Both the position numbers and the translations under genes were made by a program. The notes under the pieces were generated by a model. It saw nothing but the letters and a program-made list of their open reading frames with translations. It made no database searches and was not told the origin of the DNA. This document shows, piece by piece, positions 27,767 through 36,171 of a stretch of DNA of 64,000 nucleotides; positions within the stretch are counted from its first letter, which is position 1, and each line of letters begins with the position of its first letter. Origin of the DNA: an uncultured Microbacterium sp. (GTDB taxonomy: Bacteria > Actinomycetota > Actinomycetes > Actinomycetales > Microbacteriaceae); the NCBI RefSeq assembly GCF_913774665.1, contig NZ_CAJYHN010000008.1; one strand, 5' to 3'.

Positions 27767-28471
27767 ATGTCGTCACGGCAAGACGCCGCCCCGGCCTCGC
27801 AGACCCTCAGTCGCGGCATCCGCCTTCTCGAAGAGCTCGCCGATGCCCGCTCACCGCTCTCGATCGACGACCTCGCGGCCCGCGTCGAGCTGCACCGCTC
27901 GGTGGCCTACCGCCTGCTGCGCACGCTCGAGGACCACGGGCTGGTGACGAGGGATGCCGCGGGCGCCGTGCGACTGGGAACGGGACTCGCCGCCCTGGCC
28001 GCGGGAGTGGCCGCCGACCTGCAGGCCGAGGCTCTGCCCGAGCTCACCGCCGCGGCGAACGAGCTGGGCATGACCTGCTTCCTCGTCGTGCTCGACCACG
28101 ACGAATGCGTGACCCTCACCAGCGTCGAGCCCCGGCACTCCGTCACCGCTGTGGCGCAGCGGCCGGGGGCGCGGCATCCTGTCACCCGGGGAGCACCGGG
28201 ACGGGCGATCCTGGCGCAGTTGCCCCCGCGCCGGTGGCCCGACGCCGTCGACGCCCGCCTCGCGGCCGAGGTGGCCGAGGCCGCCGAGCGCGGGTGGGCG
28301 ACCAGCCACGACGAGGTGGTGCCGTCGCTGCGTGCGGTGGCCGTGCCGCTGCCGGTGCAGGGCCGCGAGCCCGCCGCGGTCGCCGCCGTGCACGTGGCCA
28401 CCGACCTCGACGACGCCGCGATCGCGGCGCGCCTGACCGCCGCAGCCGCGGCGATCCGCGGGGCGCTGTAG
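27767..28471 (+). CDS. IclR family transcriptional regulator
   Basis: N-terminal wHTH (LSRGIRLLEELADARSPLSIDDLAARVELHRSVAYRLLRTLEDHGLV) plus an IclR effector domain. ATG at 27767. Confidence 0.85.
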   Translation: MSSRQDAAPASQTLSRGIRLLEELADARSPLSIDDLAARVELHRSVAYRLLRTLEDHGLVTRDAAGAVRLGTGLAALAAGVAADLQAEALPELTAAANELGMTCFLVVLDHDECVTLTSVEPRHSVTAVAQRPGARHPVTRGAPGRAILAQLPPRRWPDAVDARLAAEVAEAAERGWATSHDEVVPSLRAVAVPLPVQGREPAAVAAVHVATDLDDAAIAARLTAAAAAIRGAL

Positions 28472-28516
28472 GCGCGGCGAGAAGCCCCTCGAGACACCCC
28501 TGAGGGGCACCCGATG

Positions 28517-29158
28517 TCAGCCGACCAGGCCCGTTCCGCACGACGAGCAGAAGCGCGCACCGGCGGGGTTCTCCGATCCGCACCCGCCGCACGTCGTGAC
28601 CACCGCGAGGGGTGAGCCGCACTCGCCGCAGAACTTCCCCCCGTGCGACTGCGCGCCGCACGCGCCGCACCGGGGGCGCGCCGGGGCTTTCAGATCGGTC
28701 CCGGCGACCAGGTCCACCGTCTCGAGTCGCTCCTGCACCTGCCGGCGTCGCGCCTCGGCCTGCAACTGTGCCAGCTCCTCCGTCGCGTTCGGAGAGCAAC
28801 GGACGCATTGGCCGACTCCGTCGTTCCAGCACCCGTCTCCGCAGACCCAGTCGCTGCACCCTCGACACTGGTGGAACCGCGGCGCGATCTCGGCGGTCGC
28901 CGCGCGGAGGGCTTCATCTTTCGCGGCAGAGTTCGTCCCGCGATCGAGGAAGCGGTCAGCCATCGACGCGAACTGCGAGACCGATCCCCCGAAGAGGCTG
29001 CCGATGCCGCGGGCGAGCTTCTGCCCGGCCGCGCGCGGATCAGGGCGGAACGCCGAGCGGTACCCGTTGCCGCAGCGCTCGCAGCGGAACTCGAACTGGA
29101 ATCCGTCCATGTTGGACAGATCGGTGAAGTTGTCGGTGAACGGGACGAGGTCGCTCAT
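28517..29158 (-). CDS. Zinc-ribbon domain protein (multiple CxxC pairs, C-terminal double zinc ribbon)
   Basis: Cysteine motifs FRCERCG, CRGCSDWVCGDGC, CVRC, CGACG...CGECG and CGGCG...CSSCG. Only the last 213 codons of listed ORF 28517..31108 look real. Confidence 0.7.
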   Translation of the reverse strand: MSDLVPFTDNFTDLSNMDGFQFEFRCERCGNGYRSAFRPDPRAAGQKLARGIGSLFGGSVSQFASMADRFLDRGTNSAAKDEALRAATAEIAPRFHQCRGCSDWVCGDGCWNDGVGQCVRCSPNATEELAQLQAEARRRQVQERLETVDLVAGTDLKAPARPRCGACGAQSHGGKFCGECGSPLAVVTTCGGCGSENPAGARFCSSCGTGLVG

Positions 29159-29159
29159 G

Positions 29160-29747
29160 TCACTCCTGATCGAGGCGAGGGGCGCCGGTGGCGCCACGGA
29201 AGGATTCGGGCGGTGGCCCGAAGACGAGGTCGACGAGGGGGCCGAAGTCGTAGTCGTCGGCGTAGCGAGGCGCTTCCATGAGGAGCAGGTTGTTGATGAG
29301 CATCCCGCGCCCCATGAACGCCCACAGTTCGTGGTCGGACCCACCGGCGTCGCGAAGGGTGCGATACACCTCGTCGAACTGCCGACGCGACTCCGCACCG
29401 ATCGTCGGCTCCGCCGTGGCAGCTGAGAAGGCGTGCGCCCACACCAGCACGTCCGCCGGATGAGACAGCACCAGCAAACGGTAGGCCGCTCCGAGGCGCT
29501 GGGCGTCGAAGCCACCCCCGGAGGCCTCGCGGAACGTCCGCGTGATCGCCCCCGCGGCGTGAGCGTGCGTGCGGACGAACAGCTCGAGCTTCGACCCGAA
29601 GGTGCGGATGACGTACGGCTGAGAGACTCCCATCTCCGCGGCGACTCGAGCCGTGGACGTCCCGAAGTAACCGCGGGCCGCGAAGGCACGGACGGATGCC
29701 GAGAGCAACTCGTCATCGCGTGCGGGACGGCGCCGGGGGTGCGGCAT
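29160..29747 (-). CDS. TetR/AcrR family transcriptional regulator
   Basis: N-terminal HTH (FAARGYFGTSTARVAAEMGVSQPYVIRTFGSK). The stop is 1 nt upstream of the zinc-ribbon gene start. Confidence 0.85.
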   Translation of the reverse strand: MPHPRRRPARDDELLSASVRAFAARGYFGTSTARVAAEMGVSQPYVIRTFGSKLELFVRTHAHAAGAITRTFREASGGGFDAQRLGAAYRLLVLSHPADVLVWAHAFSAATAEPTIGAESRRQFDEVYRTLRDAGGSDHELWAFMGRGMLINNLLLMEAPRYADDYDFGPLVDLVFGPPPESFRGATGAPRLDQE

Positions 29748-29765
29748 CCACTCTTCCTCTCCGGG

Positions 29766-29785
29766 GTGTTATTGCACGATAACAC
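29766..29785. promoter_or_regulatory. Candidate TetR operator: perfect palindrome GTGTTAT-N6-ATAACAC
   Basis: An AT-rich 20-bp inverted repeat 19 nt upstream of the tetR start, in the divergent region with the TPP-enzyme gene. Confidence 0.5.
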
Positions 29786-29959
29786 TATGGTCGGCGGCCT
29801 GCGCGTCGGGATGCGCGCGGCGAAAAGCGCGATCGCATAGGATCGCACCGTCAGGCGCACGAGGTCGTGCGTCGCTGCTCGAAAAAGGGGCACGTAGCGC
29901 GAGACCCGCGCGAGACACACACGGCTCATTCCCGTTCCTGTTTCGCGAAAGGCTTCCGC

Positions 29960-31612
29960 ATGCCCATCGTCTCCGCGCACGTCGCCCACACCCTCGGCCG
30001 CCACCTCGACCACGTCTTCGGCGTGATGGGCAACGGCAACGCGTACTTCCTCGATGCCCTGCACCGTCACACCGACGCCGTCTTCACCGCGATGCGGCAC
30101 GAGGCCGGCGGGGTCGTCGCCGCCGATGCGCACTATCGCGCGTCGGGCCGCGTCGCCGCCGCGACCGCCACCTATGGCGCCGGCTTCACCAACACGCTCA
30201 CCGCGCTCGCGGAGTCGGCGCAGGCGCGCATCCCCCTGCTCCTCGTGGTCGGCGATGAGCCCACGTCGGGACCGCGCCCGTGGGGCGTCGACCAGGTCGC
30301 CCTCGCCTCGGCCGTGGGCGTGCGCACCTACACCGTCGGCGATCGCGACGCCTCGGCCACCGTGCTGATCGCGCTCGAGCACGCGCTGACCTATCGCGTG
30401 CCGGTGGTCCTGGCGATCCCGTACGACGTGGTCACGCGCGAGGCCGGAGAGCTGACGGATGCCGGGACCGTCACGATCCCCTCCCCTCTGGCCCCTCAGG
30501 GTCCGGCGGCGAGCGCGACGCTCGACCGCATCGCCGACGCCCTCGCCACCGCCGAGCGCCCCTTCCTGCTCGCCGGTCGCGGAGCCTGGCTCGCCGACGC
30601 CGGTCCCGCGCTCGGGCGTTTGGCCGAGGCGACAGGGGCGATCACGGCATCCACCGCCCTCGGCCGGGGAATCTTCCCCGACACCGCCCACGACCTGGGC
30701 GTCACGGGCGGCTTCGGCGCAGCGGGCGCGATGGAGCTCGTTCGCGAGGCCGATGTCGCCGTCGTCTTCGGCGCGGGTCTCAACCAGTTCACGATGCGCT
30801 TCGGCGACCTCTTCGCCCCGGGCACGCAGGTCTTCCAGGTCGACGTGGCGACCACCGCGACCCACGCCCACGTGGGGGGATTCGTGCGGGCGGATGCCGC
30901 GGTGGCGGCCGACGAGATCGCGGAACGCCTGCGCTCTCGCGGGGCGGTGTCGTCGGGCTGGCGCGACCGCGTCGACGTCGCGCCGCTGCGCGAGCAGGAG
31001 GCCGGGGAGGGTCGCGCTCCGGATGGCCGTCTCGACCCCCGCTCCGCCGCCGCACGCATCGGCGAGCTGCTGCCCGAGGACCGGATCGTGGTGTCGGACG
31101 GCGGCCACTTCCTCGGCTGGTCGAACATGTACTGGCCCGTCGCCTCGCCCGACCGCGTGATGATGGTCGGCACCGCGTACCAGTCGATCGGCCTCGGCTT
31201 CCCCTCCGTCGCCGGAGCGATCGCCGCACGCCCCGACGCCACGGTCGTGCTCACCACCGGCGACGGCGGCGGGCTCATGGCGATCGCCGACCTCGAGAGC
31301 GCGGTGCGAACGGCCGGCGGCCGCGGCATCGCGGTGGTGTGGAACGACGCCGCCTACGGCGCCGAGATCAACCTGTACGGCCTGAAGGGCCTCGCCCGCG
31401 AGCCGATGCTCATCCCCGAGGTCGACTTCGCCGCCGTCGCGCGCGGTTTCGGCGCCGAGGGAGTGGTGGTGCGCCAGGTCGCGGACCTCGAGGCGCTCGC
31501 CGAGTGGACCCGCCTCGACCCCTCCGAGCGGCCCTTCCTGCTGCTCGACCTGCGCATCAGCGGCACCGTCATCGCGCCGTACCAGCGCGAGATCATCAAG
31601 GTGAACTCGTAA
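29960..31612 (+). CDS. Thiamine-diphosphate-dependent enzyme (acetolactate synthase large-subunit-like fold)
   Basis: N-terminal Pyr domain (VFGVMGNGNAYFLDAL...RHEAGGV...TYGAGFTNTLTALAES) and C-terminal PP domain with GDGGGLM...NDAAYG. Confidence 0.8.
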   Translation: MPIVSAHVAHTLGRHLDHVFGVMGNGNAYFLDALHRHTDAVFTAMRHEAGGVVAADAHYRASGRVAAATATYGAGFTNTLTALAESAQARIPLLLVVGDEPTSGPRPWGVDQVALASAVGVRTYTVGDRDASATVLIALEHALTYRVPVVLAIPYDVVTREAGELTDAGTVTIPSPLAPQGPAASATLDRIADALATAERPFLLAGRGAWLADAGPALGRLAEATGAITASTALGRGIFPDTAHDLGVTGGFGAAGAMELVREADVAVVFGAGLNQFTMRFGDLFAPGTQVFQVDVATTATHAHVGGFVRADAAVAADEIAERLRSRGAVSSGWRDRVDVAPLREQEAGEGRAPDGRLDPRSAAARIGELLPEDRIVVSDGGHFLGWSNMYWPVASPDRVMMVGTAYQSIGLGFPSVAGAIAARPDATVVLTTGDGGGLMAIADLESAVRTAGGRGIAVVWNDAAYGAEINLYGLKGLAREPMLIPEVDFAAVARGFGAEGVVVRQVADLEALAEWTRLDPSERPFLLLDLRISGTVIAPYQREIIKVNS

Positions 31613-31852
31613 GCGAGCCCGAGGCGGGGCGGGCGCGGTGGTCGTCCCTCGCTTCGATTGCCGCAGATGGTCGCTTCCGCGTCCACCATGCGGCCATATG
31701 GGGCAATTGAAGCCAGACCCTGCGCCGCCCGCCCGACCATCTGAGGCTCAGGAACCGGCGACAGCGCCGCCACAGCCGAAGAAACCGCGCGGTTGTCCAC
31801 AGATTGCGGATGCCGTGCCGATGCGCCACGCGAGCTGTGCGATGTTTCGGGG

Positions 31853-32821
31853 GTGAGAGCCGTCCCCCTGCCCGCCGAGCTGCCCGAGGCCTTTTCGGTC
31901 GAGGCGGCGAAGAAGCTCGGAGTATCGCGGCGACGACTTCGAGCGGCCGACCTTTCCTCTCCCTACTACGGAGTACGGACGCGCTCAGATCCGCCGGATG
32001 ACACGCTCGAGGCGTCCGTCCGGCGCCGATCGACCCACTTCGCCGCCCGCATGCGGAAGTGCGAGTTCTTCTGTCTGGTCGCCGCGGCGGTGGCGTGGGG
32101 CGCGCCGTTGCCGTCGTCGGTGTTCCACGTCCGCGACGCATCGAACCGGTCCATCGAACGTCCACTCGATGTGGGGGTGCTCCTGCCCTCACGCGCGAGC
32201 AGAGCCCGAGGAGTGCGGGGCATCTCTTTGACGGAGGGACTGGGCAGTGTGCGCACCGAACCCGCCAGCGGGCTGCGGGTGACGAGCCCCGCGACGACCT
32301 GGGCGATGATGGGGGCTCTGCTGCGCAGAGACGACCTGGTCGCTCTCGGCGACGCATTCGTACGCGAGCCGATGCGCGCGGATGACCCGCCGGCGCTCGC
32401 GACGATCACCGAACTCAGGGCGGCGCTCGAGGCGGGTCGCCGGCGGGGTGCTGCCGCGCTGCGCGAAGCGCTCCCCCTGGTGCGCACACGCTCGCGGTCC
32501 AGGAAAGAATCCGAGACGAGGCTGATCCTGCTCGCCGCGGGGCTGCCCGAACCGCTCTTGAACTGGCCGGTCGCGATTCGGGGAGAGATTGTGGCGCTGA
32601 TCGACCTCGCCTACCCGGAGCGCAAGGTGGGCATCGAGTACGAGGGCGAGCAGCACCTCACCGACCCGCGTCAGTGGGCGCGCGACATCCGCCGCTACGA
32701 GATGCTCGCCGACCTCGGCTGGCGGATCGTGCGTGTCACGGCATCCGACCTCGCCCGGCATCGGGAACAGCTCGCGACGAGGGTGCGCGCGGCGCTCTCC
32801 GGCGGAGTCGGCACCGGTTGA
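31853..32821 (+). CDS. DUF559 / Vsr-like endonuclease-fold domain protein (second copy)
   Basis: SRKESETRLILLAAGLPEPLLNWPV...IDLAYPERKVGIEYEGEQH...RDIRRYEMLADLGWRIVRVT. GTG at 31853 (VRAVPLPAEL) is preferred over the listed TTG at 31793. Confidence 0.7.
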   Translation: MRAVPLPAELPEAFSVEAAKKLGVSRRRLRAADLSSPYYGVRTRSDPPDDTLEASVRRRSTHFAARMRKCEFFCLVAAAVAWGAPLPSSVFHVRDASNRSIERPLDVGVLLPSRASRARGVRGISLTEGLGSVRTEPASGLRVTSPATTWAMMGALLRRDDLVALGDAFVREPMRADDPPALATITELRAALEAGRRRGAAALREALPLVRTRSRSRKESETRLILLAAGLPEPLLNWPVAIRGEIVALIDLAYPERKVGIEYEGEQHLTDPRQWARDIRRYEMLADLGWRIVRVTASDLARHREQLATRVRAALSGGVGTG

Positions 32822-32859
32822 TCGGCATCGGCCGCCTCCGCGTTCGCTTGCCGCGCATA

Positions 32860-33026
32860 GCCGCCCACCCCACACAGCACCGGCCATCCCCGGCAAACCA
32901 ACCGACACCCCCGGCGCTCACTTGCCACAGATGGCCGCCCACCCCACGCAATACCGACCATCTTCGGCAAACCAACCGAAGACCCCCCCACCCCGTACAG
33001 CACCGACCATCTCCGGCAAACAAGCC
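32860..33026. repeat. C-rich degenerate tandem repeat, about 3 copies
   Basis: CCACCCCAC(A/G)CA(G/A)(C/T)ACCG(G/A)CCATC(C/T)(C/T)CGGCAAACCAACCGA recurs at about 32866, 32938 and (truncated) 32988. Confidence 0.7.
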
Positions 33027-33062
33027 TCGCCGCGCGCCGAAACGCGCAGCAGCACACGCCAC

Positions 33063-33090
33063 CGGCCCCGTCGCGCACGCGACGGGGCCG
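33063..33090. terminator. Bidirectional hairpin between convergent genes
   Basis: CGGCCCCGTCGCG (33063-33075) pairs with CGCGACGGGGCCG (33078-33090). Confidence 0.55.
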
Positions 33091-33103
33091 GGACGCGAAC
33101 GTC

Positions 33104-34486
33104 TCAGACCTTCGACAACCCGCGGACGGGGCTGACCTCCTGCTCGGCCTCGTGGTCGGGGCCGAGGGGGATGCCGCTGCGATCGCGCAGCAGCAGCGTC
33201 GCGACGAGACCGAGCACGGCCATGATCGCGAGGTACACCGTCACCGACACGGTCGTTCCCGTCGCGTCGACGAGCGCGGTCGCGATGGTCGGGGCGAAAG
33301 CGCCGCCGAGGATGGCACCGAGCGCGTAGGCGATCGAGACCCCCGAGAAGCGGATGGATGCCGGGAACAGCTCGGCGTACAGCGCGGCCTGGGGGCCGTA
33401 GGTCAGGCCGAGGCCGACCGTGAGCAGCATGAGGGCGATCGTCAGCAGCACGATGCTGCCGGAGTTCACGAGGGGGAACAGCGCGACGATGGCCACGAGC
33501 ATCGAGATCCAGCCGACGATGTAGGTGTTGCGGCGGCCGATCTTGTCGCCGAGCCACCCGCCGAGCCACGTGAAGATCAGCCAGGTGACGGCCGAGAGGG
33601 TCACGGCTCCGAGCACGTCGGCCGTGGGCAGACCGAGCGCGCCCTTCGGGTCGGTCGCGTAGCGCTGGATGTACCCGCCCGTGGTCATGTATCCCACGGC
33701 GTTGTTGCCGGCGAACACGAACGCGGCGATGATCACGAGCACCGCGTGCTTGCGGAACAGCTGCACGATCGGCATCCGGGTCTGCTCTTTGCGCTCGGCG
33801 AGCTCGACGAACACCGGGCTCTCCTCGACCTTCCGCCGCACGTAGAAGCCGACGAGGATCAGCACGAACGACAGCAGGAACGGCACGCGCCATCCCCACG
33901 CGAAGAACGCATCCCCGGGGGCGATGACGGCCATCAGACCGAGCATGCCGCTCGCCAGCAGCAGGCCGAGCGGAACGCCCAGCTGCGGCGACGCGCCGAA
34001 GAGGCTGCGCTTGGCCTTGGGCGCGTGCTCGACGGCCATGAGCACCGCTCCACCCCACTCGCCGCCGGCCGAGATGCCCTGCAGCACGCGCAGCAGGATC
34101 AGCAGCACGGGAGCCGCGACGCCGATGACGTCGTAGGTCGGCAGCACGCCGATGAGCGTGGTCGAGGCGCCCATCATGATGAGCGTCAGCATCAGCACGA
34201 CGCGGCGGCCGTACTTGTCGCCCAGGTGCCCGGCGAGGAAGGCGCCGAGCGGGCGGAAGAGGAAGCTCAGCCCCACCGTGAGGAACGACAGGATCTGCGC
34301 GATGCCGGGGCCGGCGGGCGCGAAGAACAGCTGCCCGAACACGAGACCGGCGGCCGAGGCGTAGAGGAAGAAGTCGTACCACTCGACGGTGGTGCCGACG
34401 ACGGTGGCGAAGACCACGCGGCGGCGGTCCTTCGGGGTGGAGATGGTGCCGGTGGGCGTGAAGCCCTGCGGCTGAGAGCGGGACAT
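33104..34486 (-). CDS. MFS transporter, MHS family (candidate aromatic-acid permease)
   Basis: VGTTVEWYDFFLYASAAG, GHLGDKYGRR and LRVLQGISAGGEWGGA motifs. ATG at 34486 (MSRSQPQ). Divergent from the hpa genes. Confidence 0.85.
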   Translation of the reverse strand: MSRSQPQGFTPTGTISTPKDRRRVVFATVVGTTVEWYDFFLYASAAGLVFGQLFFAPAGPGIAQILSFLTVGLSFLFRPLGAFLAGHLGDKYGRRVVLMLTLIMMGASTTLIGVLPTYDVIGVAAPVLLILLRVLQGISAGGEWGGAVLMAVEHAPKAKRSLFGASPQLGVPLGLLLASGMLGLMAVIAPGDAFFAWGWRVPFLLSFVLILVGFYVRRKVEESPVFVELAERKEQTRMPIVQLFRKHAVLVIIAAFVFAGNNAVGYMTTGGYIQRYATDPKGALGLPTADVLGAVTLSAVTWLIFTWLGGWLGDKIGRRNTYIVGWISMLVAIVALFPLVNSGSIVLLTIALMLLTVGLGLTYGPQAALYAELFPASIRFSGVSIAYALGAILGGAFAPTIATALVDATGTTVSVTVYLAIMAVLGLVATLLLRDRSGIPLGPDHEAEQEVSPVRGLSKV

Positions 34487-34569
34487 GGGGAACTCCTTCG
34501 AGACGTCATCGTCAGGCCCCGGGACGTCGTCGTCGGCGACGAGGCGTGGTGTTGCTGGGGCGTTGGTCA

Positions 34570-34591
34570 TCGTATACGATTTCGAATACGA
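34570..34591. promoter_or_regulatory. Candidate GntR/FadR-type operators (TCGTATACGA and TCGAATACGA)
   Basis: A self-complementary 10-mer at 34570-34579 and a near copy at 34582-34591. Both lie 15-36 nt upstream of the FAH-RraA gene in the divergent promoter region. Confidence 0.45.
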
Positions 34592-34605
34592 CGCAAGGGA
34601 GCTCC

Positions 34606-36171
34606 ATGAACGACACCACCGACCCCCGGTTCACCGTCCTCGGTGCGCGCCCGGGCAAGATCGTGGCCGTCCACCTGTCGTACGGCTCGCGCGCCGACCA
34701 GCGAGGTCGCCGGCCGGCCGCCCCGTCGTACTTCTTCAAGCCGTCGAGTTCGCTCGCGGCATCCGGCTCCGAGATCTCGCGCCCCGCGGGCACCGAGCTC
34801 CTCGCGTTCGAGGGCGAGATCGCGCTCGTCATCGGCGAGCCCGCGCGGTGGGTGACCCCGGATGCCGCGTGGTCGCACGTGGCATCCGTCACCGCCGCGA
34901 ACGACTTCGGTCTCTACGACCTCCGCGCGAACGACAAGGGCTCGAACGTCCGCTCCAAGGGCGGCGACGGATACACGCCCCTGGGACCCGCGCTCCTCGA
35001 CGCCCGCGAGGTCGACCCCGCCGCCCTGCGCCTGCGCACGTGGGTGAACGGCGACCTCGTGCAGGACGACTCCACCGCGGGCCTCATCTTCTCGCTCGCC
35101 CAGATCGTCGCCGACCTGTCGCAGCACTTCACCCTCGAGACCGACGACGTCATCCTCACCGGCACCCCCGCCGGGTCCTCGGTGGTCGTCCCCGGTGACG
35201 TGGTGGAGGTGCAGGTGGATGCCGGCACCCTCTCGACCGGCCGTCTCCGAACGACCGTGACCCAGGGCGTGCAGTCCTTCGATCCCGCGATCGGCTCGCT
35301 CCCCGCCGTCGACGACACCCAGCGCACCGAGGCGTGGGGCTCGGCGGAAGCGGCGGCCGCGGCCACGAGAACAGGACACGTCATCGGAGCAGGAGGACAT
35401 CTGGTGACGGATGCCGCCGCGCCCCGCACCGGCGACGACGCTGAGACCGAGCGGAGAGCGAACGAAGCCGCGCCCCCCGCTCTCTCCCCTGCCCTCCGCG
35501 CCAAGCTCGAGCGCGTCCCCGTCGCCGCCCTCAGCGGGCAGCTGCGCAAGCGCGGCCTCAACGACGTCACGATCGACGGCGTGCACGCGCTCACCCCGGG
35601 CAGCCGCTTCGTCGGCACCGCGCGCACGCTGCGCTTCGTCCCCCACCGCGAAGACCTCTTCGCCGCGCGCGGCGGCGGGCAGAACGCCCAGAAGCGCGCG
35701 TTCGACGCGGTCGGCGAGGGCGAGGTCATCGTCATCGAGGCCCGGGGCGAAACCGGCTCCGGCACCCTCGGCGATATCCTCGCCATCCGCGCGCACGCCC
35801 GGGGGGCGGCGGCCATCGTCACCGACGGCGGGGTCCGCGACGCCGAGGCCGTGGCCGCGGTCGGCATCCCCGTGTTCACCGCCGGTGCGCACCCGGCCGT
35901 CCTCGGGCGCCGTCACGTGCCATGGGAGACCGACGTGGCCGTCGGCTGCGGCGGCACCACGGTCGAGCCCGGCGACATCCTCGTCGGCGACGGCGACGGC
36001 GTGATCGTCCTTCCTCCCGGGATCGCCGAAGAGGTGGTCGACGCCGCCCTCGCCCAGGAGGCCGAAGACGCCTGGATCGCCGAGCAGGTGGCATCCGGTC
36101 ATCCGATCGAGGGACTGTTCCCGATGAACGCGGCCTGGCGGGCGCGGTACGAGAGCGAGAGGCAGGGCTGA
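34606..36171 (+). CDS. Fusion protein: fumarylacetoacetate hydrolase (FAH/HpaG-like) domain plus RraA-like domain
   Basis: N-terminal residues about 1-250 show the FAH fold (FEGEIALVIG..., NDFGLYDLR, GDGYTPLGP, ILTGTPAG). An Ala/Pro-rich linker follows. C-terminal residues about 300-521 are RraA-like (GSGTLGDILAIRAHARGAAAIVTDGGVRD...PGDILVGDGDGVIV). Confidence 0.85.
   Translation: MNDTTDPRFTVLGARPGKIVAVHLSYGSRADQRGRRPAAPSYFFKPSSSLAASGSEISRPAGTELLAFEGEIALVIGEPARWVTPDAAWSHVASVTAANDFGLYDLRANDKGSNVRSKGGDGYTPLGPALLDAREVDPAALRLRTWVNGDLVQDDSTAGLIFSLAQIVADLSQHFTLETDDVILTGTPAGSSVVVPGDVVEVQVDAGTLSTGRLRTTVTQGVQSFDPAIGSLPAVDDTQRTEAWGSAEAAAAATRTGHVIGAGGHLVTDAAAPRTGDDAETERRANEAAPPALSPALRAKLERVPVAALSGQLRKRGLNDVTIDGVHALTPGSRFVGTARTLRFVPHREDLFAARGGGQNAQKRAFDAVGEGEVIVIEARGETGSGTLGDILAIRAHARGAAAIVTDGGVRDAEAVAAVGIPVFTAGAHPAVLGRRHVPWETDVAVGCGGTTVEPGDILVGDGDGVIVLPPGIAEEVVDAALAQEAEDAWIAEQVASGHPIEGLFPMNAAWRARYESERQG

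Noticed and set aside
28517-31108. 863-aa minus-strand ORF
   Set aside because: Only the last 213 codons (the zinc-ribbon protein) are credible. The upstream part overlaps the TetR gene in another frame and runs antisense to the TPP enzyme.
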